This document shows positions 1 to 6,478 of a stretch of 25,010 bases of DNA, piece after piece. The translations under genes and the position numbers were made by a program. Under the pieces are notes generated by a model, which saw only the letters and a program-made list of their open reading frames with translations, made no database searches and was not told where the DNA came from. Each line of letters opens with the position of its first letter. Position 1 is the first letter of the stretch. The stretch comes from a virus. Its lineage: Duplodnaviria; Caudoviricetes. The stretch covers positions 1 through 25,010 of IMG/VR virus record IMGVR_UViG_3300014031_000065; one strand, given 5' to 3'.

Positions 1-154
1 GACCCATCGGAGGCTCGCAGCCCGCGATCAGTAGCTCGACCATCGCAAGATCATCGGCCGCCGCGGCCTGCCGGTGGCAGCAACCCCAGCGACGCTGCGG
101 CGCTCTGCGCCCGGGTTCGGTCCCGCTGTACTCACATGCCACTAGGCCGCGCAT
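1..154 (-). CDS. Partial ORF beginning MRGLVACEYSGT, resembling the N-terminus of a phage DNA cytosine methyltransferase-like family; resemblance is lost after about 12 codons
   Basis: ATG at 154 overlaps the TGA of the upstream gene (TGATG). N-terminus resembles MRVLVACEYSG-type starts. The frame stays open to the window edge. Confidence 0.35.
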   Translation of the reverse strand, partial: MRGLVACEYSGTEPGRRAPQRRWGCCHRQAAAADDLAMVELLIAGCEPPMG

Positions 155-387
155 CAGATTGTCTCCCTGACGGTAGATGGTGCGGGAACGTCCCATGCTG
201 CCATCGGGATACCGTCATCCCCAGCATGGCGGGTTACCCATACGCGCGCAGGGTCCGATGTGCGCGTAACGTGCCACGCGCGACCATCGGGGTAGCTTAC
301 CGTCCAATCGGTGGGCCGATCTTCCGGCCCGCGCGTAACGGTAACGATCGGCGCGAGAACGTCCGCTAGGCTAGTCTGCCCGATCAT
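154..387 (-). CDS. Hypothetical protein, 77 aa
   Basis: ORF track; ATGA overlap with the upstream ORF. Confidence 0.65.
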   Translation of the reverse strand: MIGQTSLADVLAPIVTVTRGPEDRPTDWTVSYPDGRAWHVTRTSDPARVWVTRHAGDDGIPMAAWDVPAPSTVRETI

Positions 388-524
388 CGGGCGCCACCTT
401 CCCGGACTGCGCGCTTGACCTTACGCGCGGTCTTACGCGCGACAGTCGCGGACTTCGCGCGGTGGGTACGATCGCCGTCGCGCGGCATACGCGCGGTCTC
501 GTTACGGTCTGTCTTACGTGTCAT
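384..524 (-). CDS. Small basic hypothetical protein, 46 aa (MTRKTDRNETARMPRDGDRTHRAKSATVARKTARKVKRAVREGGAR)
   Basis: Hand translation; AGGA upstream of ATG; ATGA overlap with the next gene. Confidence 0.6.
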   Translation of the reverse strand: MTRKTDRNETARMPRDGDRTHRAKSATVARKTARKVKRAVREGGAR

Positions 525-537
525 CGTACGTTCCTAT

Positions 538-714
538 CTAGAATGGTTCGTTATCGGGAGTGTCGGTCGCGCGCCGTAGCTTCTCGCGCGACCAGCTAGC
601 GGGATCGTTCAATCGTCCGGCCGCTAGTGCGCGGTCGATGTAGCTATTGGTCTTATCCGCGAGGATGGCACGATCTTCCTCGTCGCGCTTGAGATTGTCG
701 GGATAGCTAATCAT
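538..714 (-). CDS. Hypothetical protein, 58 aa, ending TPDNEPF
   Basis: Hand translation; ATG overlaps the TGA of 711..983. Confidence 0.6.
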   Translation of the reverse strand: MISYPDNLKRDEEDRAILADKTNSYIDRALAAGRLNDPASWSREKLRRATDTPDNEPF

Positions 715-983
715 CGGACAATCTCGATGATGAAGCCACGAGAGGGGTCCAGGAGCCGGCGGAAACTACCCTCGCGATTGCACGCTACGTAGCAGCGCGG
801 TGCCCGCGCGTGCTCGTTACCGTCGCTATCGCGCCAGCTACGCCGCCCGTTCCTACGAGCCTGATCTAGCACGTATGCGCCGATCGCGCGGCCGGATAGC
901 TCGTTGATACGCGCGACTGCATCGGCAACCGGGATAGTTTCGAGCACCGTATCGGTGGACTTGAGAATAATTCGGACAAACAT
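711..983 (-). CDS. Hypothetical protein, 90 aa (MFVRIILKST...)
   Basis: ORF 711..1025; ATG at 983 preceded by AGGAG. Confidence 0.7.
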   Translation of the reverse strand: MFVRIILKSTDTVLETIPVADAVARINELSGRAIGAYVLDQARRNGRRSWRDSDGNEHARAPRCYVACNREGSFRRLLDPSRGFIIEIVR

Positions 984-1026
984 CTGGATAGCTCCTATTA
1001 GGTGTAGTTGAGCGGGATAGCTCAAG

Positions 1027-1791
1027 CTAGCGCAACGGGTAGACGACGACAGGAACGTCCGGCGACCAACACGCGCGACAATCGCGACATTCCCCGTTCT
1101 GACGGTAGGCCGGACACTGGTGCGCGTCCGACGGAATCGGCGCGCTCTTCGCGACGGCCGAGAAGGTCCGGCCGTTTACGGCGCGTTCCGCGTTAGGGAA
1201 GTAGTCAACTAGCGCGGCAGATTGCCGGATATTGAGATTGGACGGCAGCGCCCCGTTAGCCTTGATCCAGCCGGCAATAACGGCGGCTTCTCGCGACGGC
1301 ATCCAGAACCTAACCCATGGCAACCTATCGGCGACCGCCACAATTAGGTCTAGGTGCGCGGCAGACTGCAAGTCGCCGCTATCGTGCCATCTAAAGACTT
1401 GTGATACGCGGGATTCCCACCCGATTAGCGTGACCATTGCTCGAATCCACGGTACGGACTCAGGATCATGGTGGGATGCCGCCCAATCTAGGCACGCGTC
1501 GCGGACGGTCTCAAGCCGACGGTATTGGGCCGGGATTACTTCCGGGTACATACGATAGGAACCCTTGAGCGCGTAGCATCCTCCGCATACGTTCGGACGT
1601 TCTGCCGTATGTTTGGCGCGCAGTTTGGACCCTACGTTACATTCTGCCGCGGGCAGACCGTAGGAATGGCATGGCATCTTGCCCGGCCTTGAGAGTCCCG
1701 CAACAAGCTTTGCCGCTTGAGTCTGATTCAGTCCTGTAGCTTTAGCCCATGATCGGACATTGGTCGGCGGGGTTAGAGTGAAGATCGACAT
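1027..1791 (-). CDS. GP88-family Cys-rich protein (mycobacteriophage L5 gp88-like), probably Fe-S binding
   Basis: Motifs LSxPxKMP, C..CxxCYA, FRWHDSGD, FWMPSRE and C-terminal CPA...CxxCxxCW. Confidence 0.75.
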   Translation of the reverse strand: MSIFTLTPPTNVRSWAKATGLNQTQAAKLVAGLSRPGKMPCHSYGLPAAECNVGSKLRAKHTAERPNVCGGCYALKGSYRMYPEVIPAQYRRLETVRDACLDWAASHHDPESVPWIRAMVTLIGWESRVSQVFRWHDSGDLQSAAHLDLIVAVADRLPWVRFWMPSREAAVIAGWIKANGALPSNLNIRQSAALVDYFPNAERAVNGRTFSAVAKSAPIPSDAHQCPAYRQNGECRDCRACWSPDVPVVVYPLR

Positions 1792-1840
1792 AGGACAAAC
1801 CTAGATGATCGGCCGGACGGAATCAAGCCGAATTGCGCGT

Positions 1841-1863
1841 AGTGTGACGTATCGCACACTAGG
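1841..1863. promoter_or_regulatory. Palindromic operator-like site AGTGTGACgtatcGCACACT-AGG
   Basis: Inverted repeat; near-copy at 2350-2373, half-site at 3872-3885. Confidence 0.55.
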
Positions 1864-2349
1864 GGTTTTCGCCGGCAATTCGGGCCGTAGGGTAGTCGGC
1901 GCGTAGGGTGACGCGCCGTAGTGCTGTAGGGGCCGGACGGTAGGGGTCAACATGCACACGACGCTACAGACCGCCCGACCGATTGTCAATACATCCATTC
2001 CAGGCTATGTTGATTATCAACATAATCGGTTTTCAACTTAGTCTGATGCCGGCATAGTCGATTCTCAACTATGTTGAATCTAGACTCAATTCTTCAGCTG
2101 GTGGGAAACCTGAATCAGTTTCAACATTGGCGCCTAACGGGTTTGAGCGCCAATGTGCCAACACTTGAGCAATTGCCACAATTGGCGTTAGCGGCGCCGC
2201 TAGGCACCTTAGAAGTGAAACCTCTCAGAATCGACTGCGCTGACCTTCCCGATAGGGCAGCGGCGCAAAGCATCGAATTGGCGTTAGAGCGGCCGCTAGG
2301 CACCTATGCGGGCAAACGTCCCAATTCCAGGAATCGGTCTTATCTAGGC

Positions 2350-2373
2350 AGTGTGACATTACGTCACACTAGG
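2350..2373. promoter_or_regulatory. Palindromic operator-like site AGTGTGAC-N5-GTCACACT-AGG
   Basis: Perfect 8-bp inverted repeat just upstream of the rightward gene cluster. Confidence 0.6.
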
Positions 2374-2406
2374 TAGATTCGGTGATTCTGCCGCTATCTT
2401 GTGCCT

Positions 2407-2619
2407 ATGCCTTTTACCGCAGACCCCGCAGACCCCGCAACCTACGCTGCACCCTCCCGTATCGGCGTCGAATTGTCCCGCGACGCCGGCAGCACGATTC
2501 TCGCGGCGCTGGCGCGTGATTCATACGAGCTTCGCGCTCGCGGCGGCTCCCCGAATTGCGCTCAAGCGAACTTGCAGGACAGGCTCCGCGACGCTATCGG
2601 AAAGGCGCTGGTGGCGTGA
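2407..2619 (+). CDS. Hypothetical protein, about 70 aa
   Basis: ORF 2401..2619; TATCTT 6 nt before ATG 2407 suggests a leaderless start. Confidence 0.55.
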   Translation: MPFTADPADPATYAAPSRIGVELSRDAGSTILAALARDSYELRARGGSPNCAQANLQDRLRDAIGKALVA

Positions 2620-2708
2620 ACATGCCAACGATCCATACAGCCAACGGACGTACGATCCACCCTCGCAAACAACTTCCTGTAGTCAATCCCGAATAGAAAG
2701 CAGACATC

Positions 2709-2948
2709 ATGCAAGGCATCTTCGTCAATGGGCGCCGCCCGACGAGCAAAGCAGCGGTCAAGCGGGCAGCAGCGGCCGGGGAATCGGTCGCGCTCGAAGC
2801 AACGAGCATGTTCGGTAATGAATATGACGGACCGATCGAACGGGCGCCCGTCGGCACGTACTACTTCGTCGGACCGGACCCCTACGTCAAACGATCGTTC
2901 TACGGAACGGTAAAGGTCGCCGCCGCCGGTAGCGTCCGGGTTTCCTAA
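2709..2948 (+). CDS. Hypothetical phage protein, 79 aa
   Basis: ORF track; GAAAG upstream; TAATG coupling to the next gene. Confidence 0.75.
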   Translation: MQGIFVNGRRPTSKAAVKRAAAAGESVALEATSMFGNEYDGPIERAPVGTYYFVGPDPYVKRSFYGTVKVAAAGSVRVS

Positions 2949-3136
2949 TGGCACGTCCGACACTAACCCGCGAGGCTGCGCGTAAAGCTTCGCTAGTTCA
3001 CGCGCGTGAAGCGCGCGACGCGGCACGCGTCATCCTCGCAACCGATTCCGACGCGGCCGCCCAACTAGCGGCCGCGAAGACTCTAGAAGCCGCCGGGTGT
3101 TACGTCCGGCGGGCAATCGGGAAGGGGCTGATCTAA
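2948..3136 (+). CDS. Hypothetical Ala-rich helical protein, 62 aa
   Basis: TAATG coupling at both ends. Confidence 0.7.
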   Translation: MARPTLTREAARKASLVHAREARDAARVILATDSDAAAQLAAAKTLEAAGCYVRRAIGKGLI

Positions 3137-3510
3137 TGCGCCGTACCATCGAAACGCTGGCGTGGATTCTGGCGATCACCAGTGTCCTTAGTGGCTTCGC
3201 GCTAATGCTCGTAGCGTGCGCGTTGGCGGTCCACCAAACCGACATACACGCGCGTAGCGCGCGTGCTGCTAGTTGGACGGTAACCCTGCCCGCGCGCGCC
3301 GATCGCCAGTCCCCGATCGTAGACGCGTCCGATCTACAGTGCTTTAGCGTGCGCGACGGTAGCGCGCTACGGCAGATCGGCCACGTTTGGTATTCCCCGC
3401 GAGGCTATGCCGTCGCGCGTTACGCGCGGCATACCCGAACCTTTGTCAATCTCACTACCTATAGCGTCCTCTGTGGCGCGTGGAAGGATGGTCCGCATGC
3501 TTTGGGGTAA
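3136..3510 (+). CDS. Membrane-anchored hypothetical protein, 124 aa
   Basis: ATG 3136 coupled to upstream TAA; hydrophobic N-terminal stretch LAWILAITSVLSGFALMLVACALAV. Confidence 0.7.
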   Translation: MRRTIETLAWILAITSVLSGFALMLVACALAVHQTDIHARSARAASWTVTLPARADRQSPIVDASDLQCFSVRDGSALRQIGHVWYSPRGYAVARYARHTRTFVNLTTYSVLCGAWKDGPHALG

Positions 3511-3796
3511 CACTCGCAAGGGCATCCTTGCAACGCGTCTAGATGTCCTGTCAGAGGTTCATGGGGTTGTCCGCACGTGGTACCGATACAACGCGGGAGA
3601 TAGCGGCCTACGATGGGTTATTGAGACTCACGCGGGCAACGAGGCTACGTTCAGCACTCGCGAGTGTGAGCTATGGACGGCAGGGGCGCTAGTCGCACTG
3701 GCCGTGCACCCTCCCACAAACATAGGCGCGGTCGCCAGCAACCCTAGCGTCCCGTTCAATCCGTCACCACTAGCGCGCGGCGGGATCATCGGGTAG
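3497..3796 (+). CDS. Hypothetical protein, about 99 aa (start at 3488 or 3497)
   Basis: ORF 3407..3796; GGAAGG upstream; ends before a strong hairpin. Confidence 0.6.
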   Translation: MLWGNTRKGILATRLDVLSEVHGVVRTWYRYNAGDSGLRWVIETHAGNEATFSTRECELWTAGALVALAVHPPTNIGAVASNPSVPFNPSPLARGGIIG

Positions 3797-3802
3797 CGGA
3801 CT

Positions 3803-3837
3803 TGCGAGCATCCCTAGCGTGGCTAGGGATGCTCGCA
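3803..3837. terminator. Perfect 16-bp hairpin closing the rightward early cluster
   Basis: TGCGAGCATCCCTAGC-GTG-GCTAGGGATGCTCGCA. Confidence 0.65.
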
Positions 3838-4208
3838 TTGAATTGAGGCTCAATTCCAGGTTTTGGGGTCCCGCGTAGTGTGACGAAAAGAATTGACTTG
3901 CCGGCAAAAACCTGCTAGAGACCCGTGGAGGTAGTGCCACACGGGGGGAGAAAAACCAAAGTGGTACGAAGCCCTAGCAACCCCAGCGACCCTAACCTTC
4001 CTATCGGATTCCTGTTGGATTCCAACAGATTCCCCCATTCAGGCGAACGAAATCCGCCTTCGGCGGGGTTTTCGCACAAGTAATTGGGGGTCGTAACGCG
4101 CTACGAGAAAGCCTCAAAGTCGAAGCGCCGCTGGGGTCGCTAGCGGCTGTGCCTCCGGTGGATGGGTCGCTGGGCTCCCCGCGACGCTGGGGGCGCTAGA
4201 CTTGGCGC

Positions 4209-4649
4209 ATGGGACTTTCTCTTCGTACTCGCCGCGACAACGCTCGTGGCATCGGCAAGCGTGACGCCAAGGCTTGGCGGTCGCGCCGCTACGTGTCCAC
4301 CGGGATCGGCAACCGCGCCGTCCTCGCGACCGGAACCGGCAACGCGGGCTACGAGGTCTACTCGGAGGTTCCTGGCACCGCTGGCAACTCGATCACCTTC
4401 GCCGTAGTCGTTGCCGGCGCGAACACAGCCGAGTCCGTGACCGCCACCGGCACCGCGCTGACCTACAACGCCGCGACCAACGGCGCCTCCGCTGCGACCT
4501 CCACCGTGCGCGGCATGGTTGAGGCGGTCAACCGCTACAGCCACGCCGAAGGTGCGGTCGTGAAGTTGCACGCGCAGCGGCCGCGCACCAGCGACGGCAC
4601 GTCCGTGATCGCAGCGCTCACCGCAACCGCGCTTGCGGGCGCGGTCTAG
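4209..4649 (+). CDS. Probable virion-associated protein, 146 aa, with Arg-rich N-terminus and Ala/Thr/Gly-rich domain
   Basis: Strong C/G-ending codon bias. The PGTAGNSITFAVV...TSTV..MVEAVN...ATALAG pattern is reminiscent of phage tail-sheath or decoration domains. Confidence 0.75.
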   Translation: MGLSLRTRRDNARGIGKRDAKAWRSRRYVSTGIGNRAVLATGTGNAGYEVYSEVPGTAGNSITFAVVVAGANTAESVTATGTALTYNAATNGASAATSTVRGMVEAVNRYSHAEGAVVKLHAQRPRTSDGTSVIAALTATALAGAV

Positions 4650-4652
4650 ACC

Positions 4653-4661
4653 TGCTAAGCT
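4653..4661 (+). promoter_or_regulatory. Extended -10 promoter (TGCTAAGCT) upstream of mini-tmRNA and RNase P RNA
   Basis: TGnTAnnnT match; the same class of site precedes each RNA array. Confidence 0.5.
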
Positions 4662-4701
4662 TCTTCTTGTCGCACTAGGGCTCGAATACCTACGCGGCAG
4701 A

Positions 4702-4781
4702 GGGGCAGATTCGGTATCGACGGCGACGTAACGCCTCCAAGGGGCACTTGCCGGACGTGGGTTCGAATCCCACCTGCTCCA
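4702..4781 (+). ncRNA. ssrA: Miniature tmRNA: tRNA-like domain only, no tag reading frame
   Basis: 5' GGGGCAGATTCGGTATCGAC and 3' GGAC-GTGGG-TTCGAAT-CCCAC-CTGCTCC-A match the tmRNA termini. G3:U70 and A73 alanine identity; unpaired D-loop; only about 31 nt of hairpin between the halves. Confidence 0.85.
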
Positions 4782-5059
4782 TGTTGTCACTGGACTACGG
4801 CTGCCGAAGCAGGTAGAGGAAGTTCAGGCCACTCCGGTTGGGGCCAACCCTTCCAGAGATACTGAGCCGTGTTGAGGGAGCCCCGAAGGGTCTTTTGAAC
4901 CTCAGCGGGTAAGCGGAGTGTGACCTCAGAATAGATGCCCGAAGCGCAAGCCGGGGCAGTCAAGGTTGAGGGCGGCGGGAAGCTCGCAAGGGTCCGCCAC
5001 GCGCAAGCGTGAGAAAGATCGTAGTCTGCAAAACAGAATCCTGGCTACATGTGACAACA
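4782..5059 (+). ncRNA. rnpB: RNase P RNA, compact form
   Basis: P1 TGTTGTCAC/GTGACAACA; P2 GGACTACGG/TCGTAGTCT; P3; CR-I GAGGAAGTTCAGG pairs with CR-V ACAGAATCCTGGCTAC (P4, bulged U); P5 CACTCC/GGAGTG; P15 with AATAG and GGT; GNRA-capped P18; CR-IV AGAAAGAT. Confidence 0.88.
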
Positions 5060-5064
5060 AGATG

Positions 5065-5073
5065 TGCTAGAGT
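5065..5073 (+). promoter_or_regulatory. Extended -10 promoter (TGCTAGAGT) for tRNA array 1
   Basis: TGnTAnnnT match about 45 nt before the first tRNA. Confidence 0.55.
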
Positions 5074-5116
5074 TATCGGAACGCGCCGGTAGGGTCAAAC
5101 CGAGCCGGCGCTCCAA

Positions 5117-5187
5117 GGGGGACTCGTTCAACGGAAGGACGTGAAGCTTGCACCTTCAAGATCAGAGTTCGATTCTCTGGTTCTCCA
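5117..5187 (+). tRNA. tRNA-Ala(TGC)
   Basis: Cloverleaf, G3:U70, loop CT TGC AC. Confidence 0.92.
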
Positions 5188-5197
5188 TGCAGTACAC

Positions 5198-5271
5198 GCT
5201 GGATTAGCTCAGTTGGTTAGAGCGCCGCTCTGATAAGGCGGAGGTCCAAGGTTCAAGTCCTTGATCCAGTA
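5198..5271 (+). tRNA. tRNA-Ile(GAT)
   Basis: Canonical cloverleaf, loop CT GAT AA. Confidence 0.95.
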
Positions 5272-5274
5272 TGA

Positions 5275-5347
5275 AGTCCTTTAGCTCAGTTGGTAGAGCG
5301 CCTTTCCTACAAAAAGGAGGCCCAGGGTTCGAGCCCCTGAGGGACTA
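5275..5347 (+). tRNA. tRNA-Val(TAC), C33
   Basis: Cloverleaf, loop CC TAC AA. Confidence 0.9.
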
Positions 5348-5351
5348 CTTC

Positions 5352-5423
5352 GGGCCGCTAGCTCAGCGGGAGAGTGCCTAGTCGACAACTAGGAAGCCGC
5401 AAGTTCGATCCTTGCGCGGCCCA
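5352..5423 (+). tRNA. tRNA-Val(GAC), C33
   Basis: Cloverleaf, loop TC GAC AA. Confidence 0.9.
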
Positions 5424-5425
5424 TT

Positions 5426-5492
5426 GCCTGTGAGGTGTATGAGCACGCCAGCCCGAAAGGTTGGAGGCCGGGGTAGAGTCCCCGCACAGGTA
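5426..5492 (+). tRNA. Atypical tRNA-like element (nominal GAA anticodon)
   Basis: All four stems pair, but the D-loop is ATGA, the T-loop is TAGAGT and the anticodon loop is CCGAAAG. Confidence 0.55.
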
Positions 5493-5496
5493 ACAT

Positions 5497-5569
5497 GCAA
5501 CAGTAGCTCAGTTGGTAGAGCGTCACCTTGCCAAGGTGAATGTCGCGAGTTCGAATCTCGTCTGTTGCT
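5497..5569 (+). tRNA. tRNA-Gly(GCC)
   Basis: Canonical cloverleaf, U73. Confidence 0.95.
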
Positions 5570-5572
5570 TAC

Positions 5573-5643
5573 GCCTCCAAAGCTTTATGGATGAGCACCA
5601 GGTTCTTACCCTGGGGAACTACGTTCGATTCGTAGTGGGGGTA
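5573..5643 (+). tRNA. tRNA-Lys(CTT)
   Basis: Cloverleaf, loop TT CTT AC. Confidence 0.88.
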
Positions 5644-5647
5644 CTGC

Positions 5648-5720
5648 AGGAGCGTAGCTCAGAGGCCAGAGCAGCGGGCTTTTACCCCGATGTGCGTGAG
5701 TTCGACTCTCACCGCTCCCA
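5648..5720 (+). tRNA. tRNA-Lys(TTT)
   Basis: Cloverleaf, loop CT TTT AC; A1-C72 and G27-A43 mismatches. Confidence 0.85.
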
Positions 5721-5723
5721 TAC

Positions 5724-5796
5724 GCTGACGAAGCTCATTTGGTAGAGTTCTCCCCTGGTACGGGAGCGGTTGCGAGTTCGAATCTCGTCGTCAGCT
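5724..5796 (+). tRNA. tRNA-Thr(GGT)
   Basis: Cloverleaf, loop CT GGT AC. Confidence 0.9.
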
Positions 5797-5799
5797 TAC

Positions 5800-5871
5800 T
5801 GCGGAATGGGGTAATGGCAGCCTGCCGGCCTTTGAAGCCGGACGATCTAGGTTCGAGTCCTAGTTCCGCAG
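5800..5871 (+). tRNA. tRNA-Gln(TTG)
   Basis: U1-A72, G73, loop CT TTG AA. Confidence 0.92.
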
Positions 5872-5875
5872 CTTC

Positions 5876-5947
5876 GCACCTAAAGCATTGATGGCGATGC
5901 ACGGCTCTTGTAAAGCTGAGAACAGAGTTCGATTCTCTGTGGGTGCT
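5876..5947 (+). tRNA. tRNA-Thr(TGT)
   Basis: Cloverleaf, loop CT TGT AA. Confidence 0.9.
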
Positions 5948-5950
5948 TGT

Positions 5951-6017
5951 GCCGGATCGTCTGGGACGACCCGTCCTTCGTACGGACGGTAGCTGAGTTC
6001 AATTCTCAGATTCGGCT
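5951..6017 (+). tRNA. tRNA-Thr(CGT) with miniature D-arm
   Basis: Acceptor, anticodon and T arms intact; D-arm CGTC-TGG-GACG. Confidence 0.75.
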
Positions 6018-6020
6018 TAC

Positions 6021-6092
6021 GCGAGAGTGGTGTCAATGGCAGCACAAGACCCTTCCAAGGTTTTGGTGCCGGTTCGAGTCCGGTCTCTCGCT
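6021..6092 (+). tRNA. tRNA-Gly(TCC)
   Basis: Canonical cloverleaf, U73. Confidence 0.93.
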
Positions 6093-6164
6093 TACAGTCA
6101 GACGCAAAGGCGTCTTCGCAGGACCGGGTTGAGCGCCGGCGGCTCCGGTAATCAGTCCGGGCTA

Positions 6165-6237
6165 GGTACTGTAACTCAGCCGGTAGAGTGGCGCTCTGAA
6201 AAGGCGCAGGTCGAGGGTTCGAGCCCCTCCGGTACCA
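6165..6237 (+). tRNA. tRNA-Phe(GAA)
   Basis: Canonical cloverleaf, loop CT GAA AA. Confidence 0.95.
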
Positions 6238-6243
6238 CTGTCG

Positions 6244-6296
6244 AGAAATCCCGACTTGCACCCATTCCGGAGGCAATGTCGGGATTTTCGTCGTTC
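6244..6296. terminator. Hairpin terminator between tRNA array 1 and convergent genes
   Basis: GAGAAATCCCGAC...GTCGGGATTTTC followed by GTCGTT. Confidence 0.65.
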
Positions 6297-6478
6297 TAGG
6301 CTTGGTCGCCTTCCCAAAGCTTCGGAGCGCGCTCTGGGTTGGGCTGTAGCTGCTCCGTGAGCGCAACGAACCGCTCAACCTCCTTCTGGAAGAGCGCCTG
6401 CTGCCTCGCCCGCTCTGCTGGCGACGGCTCGTAGGTGCGTCCGGGGATCAAGTCCCACATGGGGTAGTCCTCAGGCAT
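6296..6478 (-). CDS. Hypothetical protein, 60 aa (MPEDYPMWDL...)
   Basis: ATG 6478 after GGGAGAGGG; overlaps the end of the phosphoesterase gene. Confidence 0.65.
   Translation of the reverse strand: MPEDYPMWDLIPGRTYEPSPAERARQQALFQKEVERFVALTEQLQPNPERAPKLWEGDQA

Noticed and set aside
2071-2376. 101-aa ORF in the divergent gap
   Set aside because: No RBS, atypical codons, and it crosses repeats and an operator-like palindrome; cannot be fully excluded
4086-4781. Full-length or permuted tmRNA using 4209..4649 as the tag frame
   Set aside because: Both tmRNA ends lie within 4702-4781 in normal order; the upstream ORF is an ordinary 146-aa gene
4782-5059. Group I intron, or the missing mRNA-like half of the tmRNA
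   Set aside because: No group I core or splice context; the P1-P5 and CR-I/IV/V pattern fits RNase P
5412-6378. ORFs 5412..5594, 5512..5745, 5860..6378, 5947..6132 and 6027..6299
   Set aside because: They overlap well-formed tRNA genes and have no protein features
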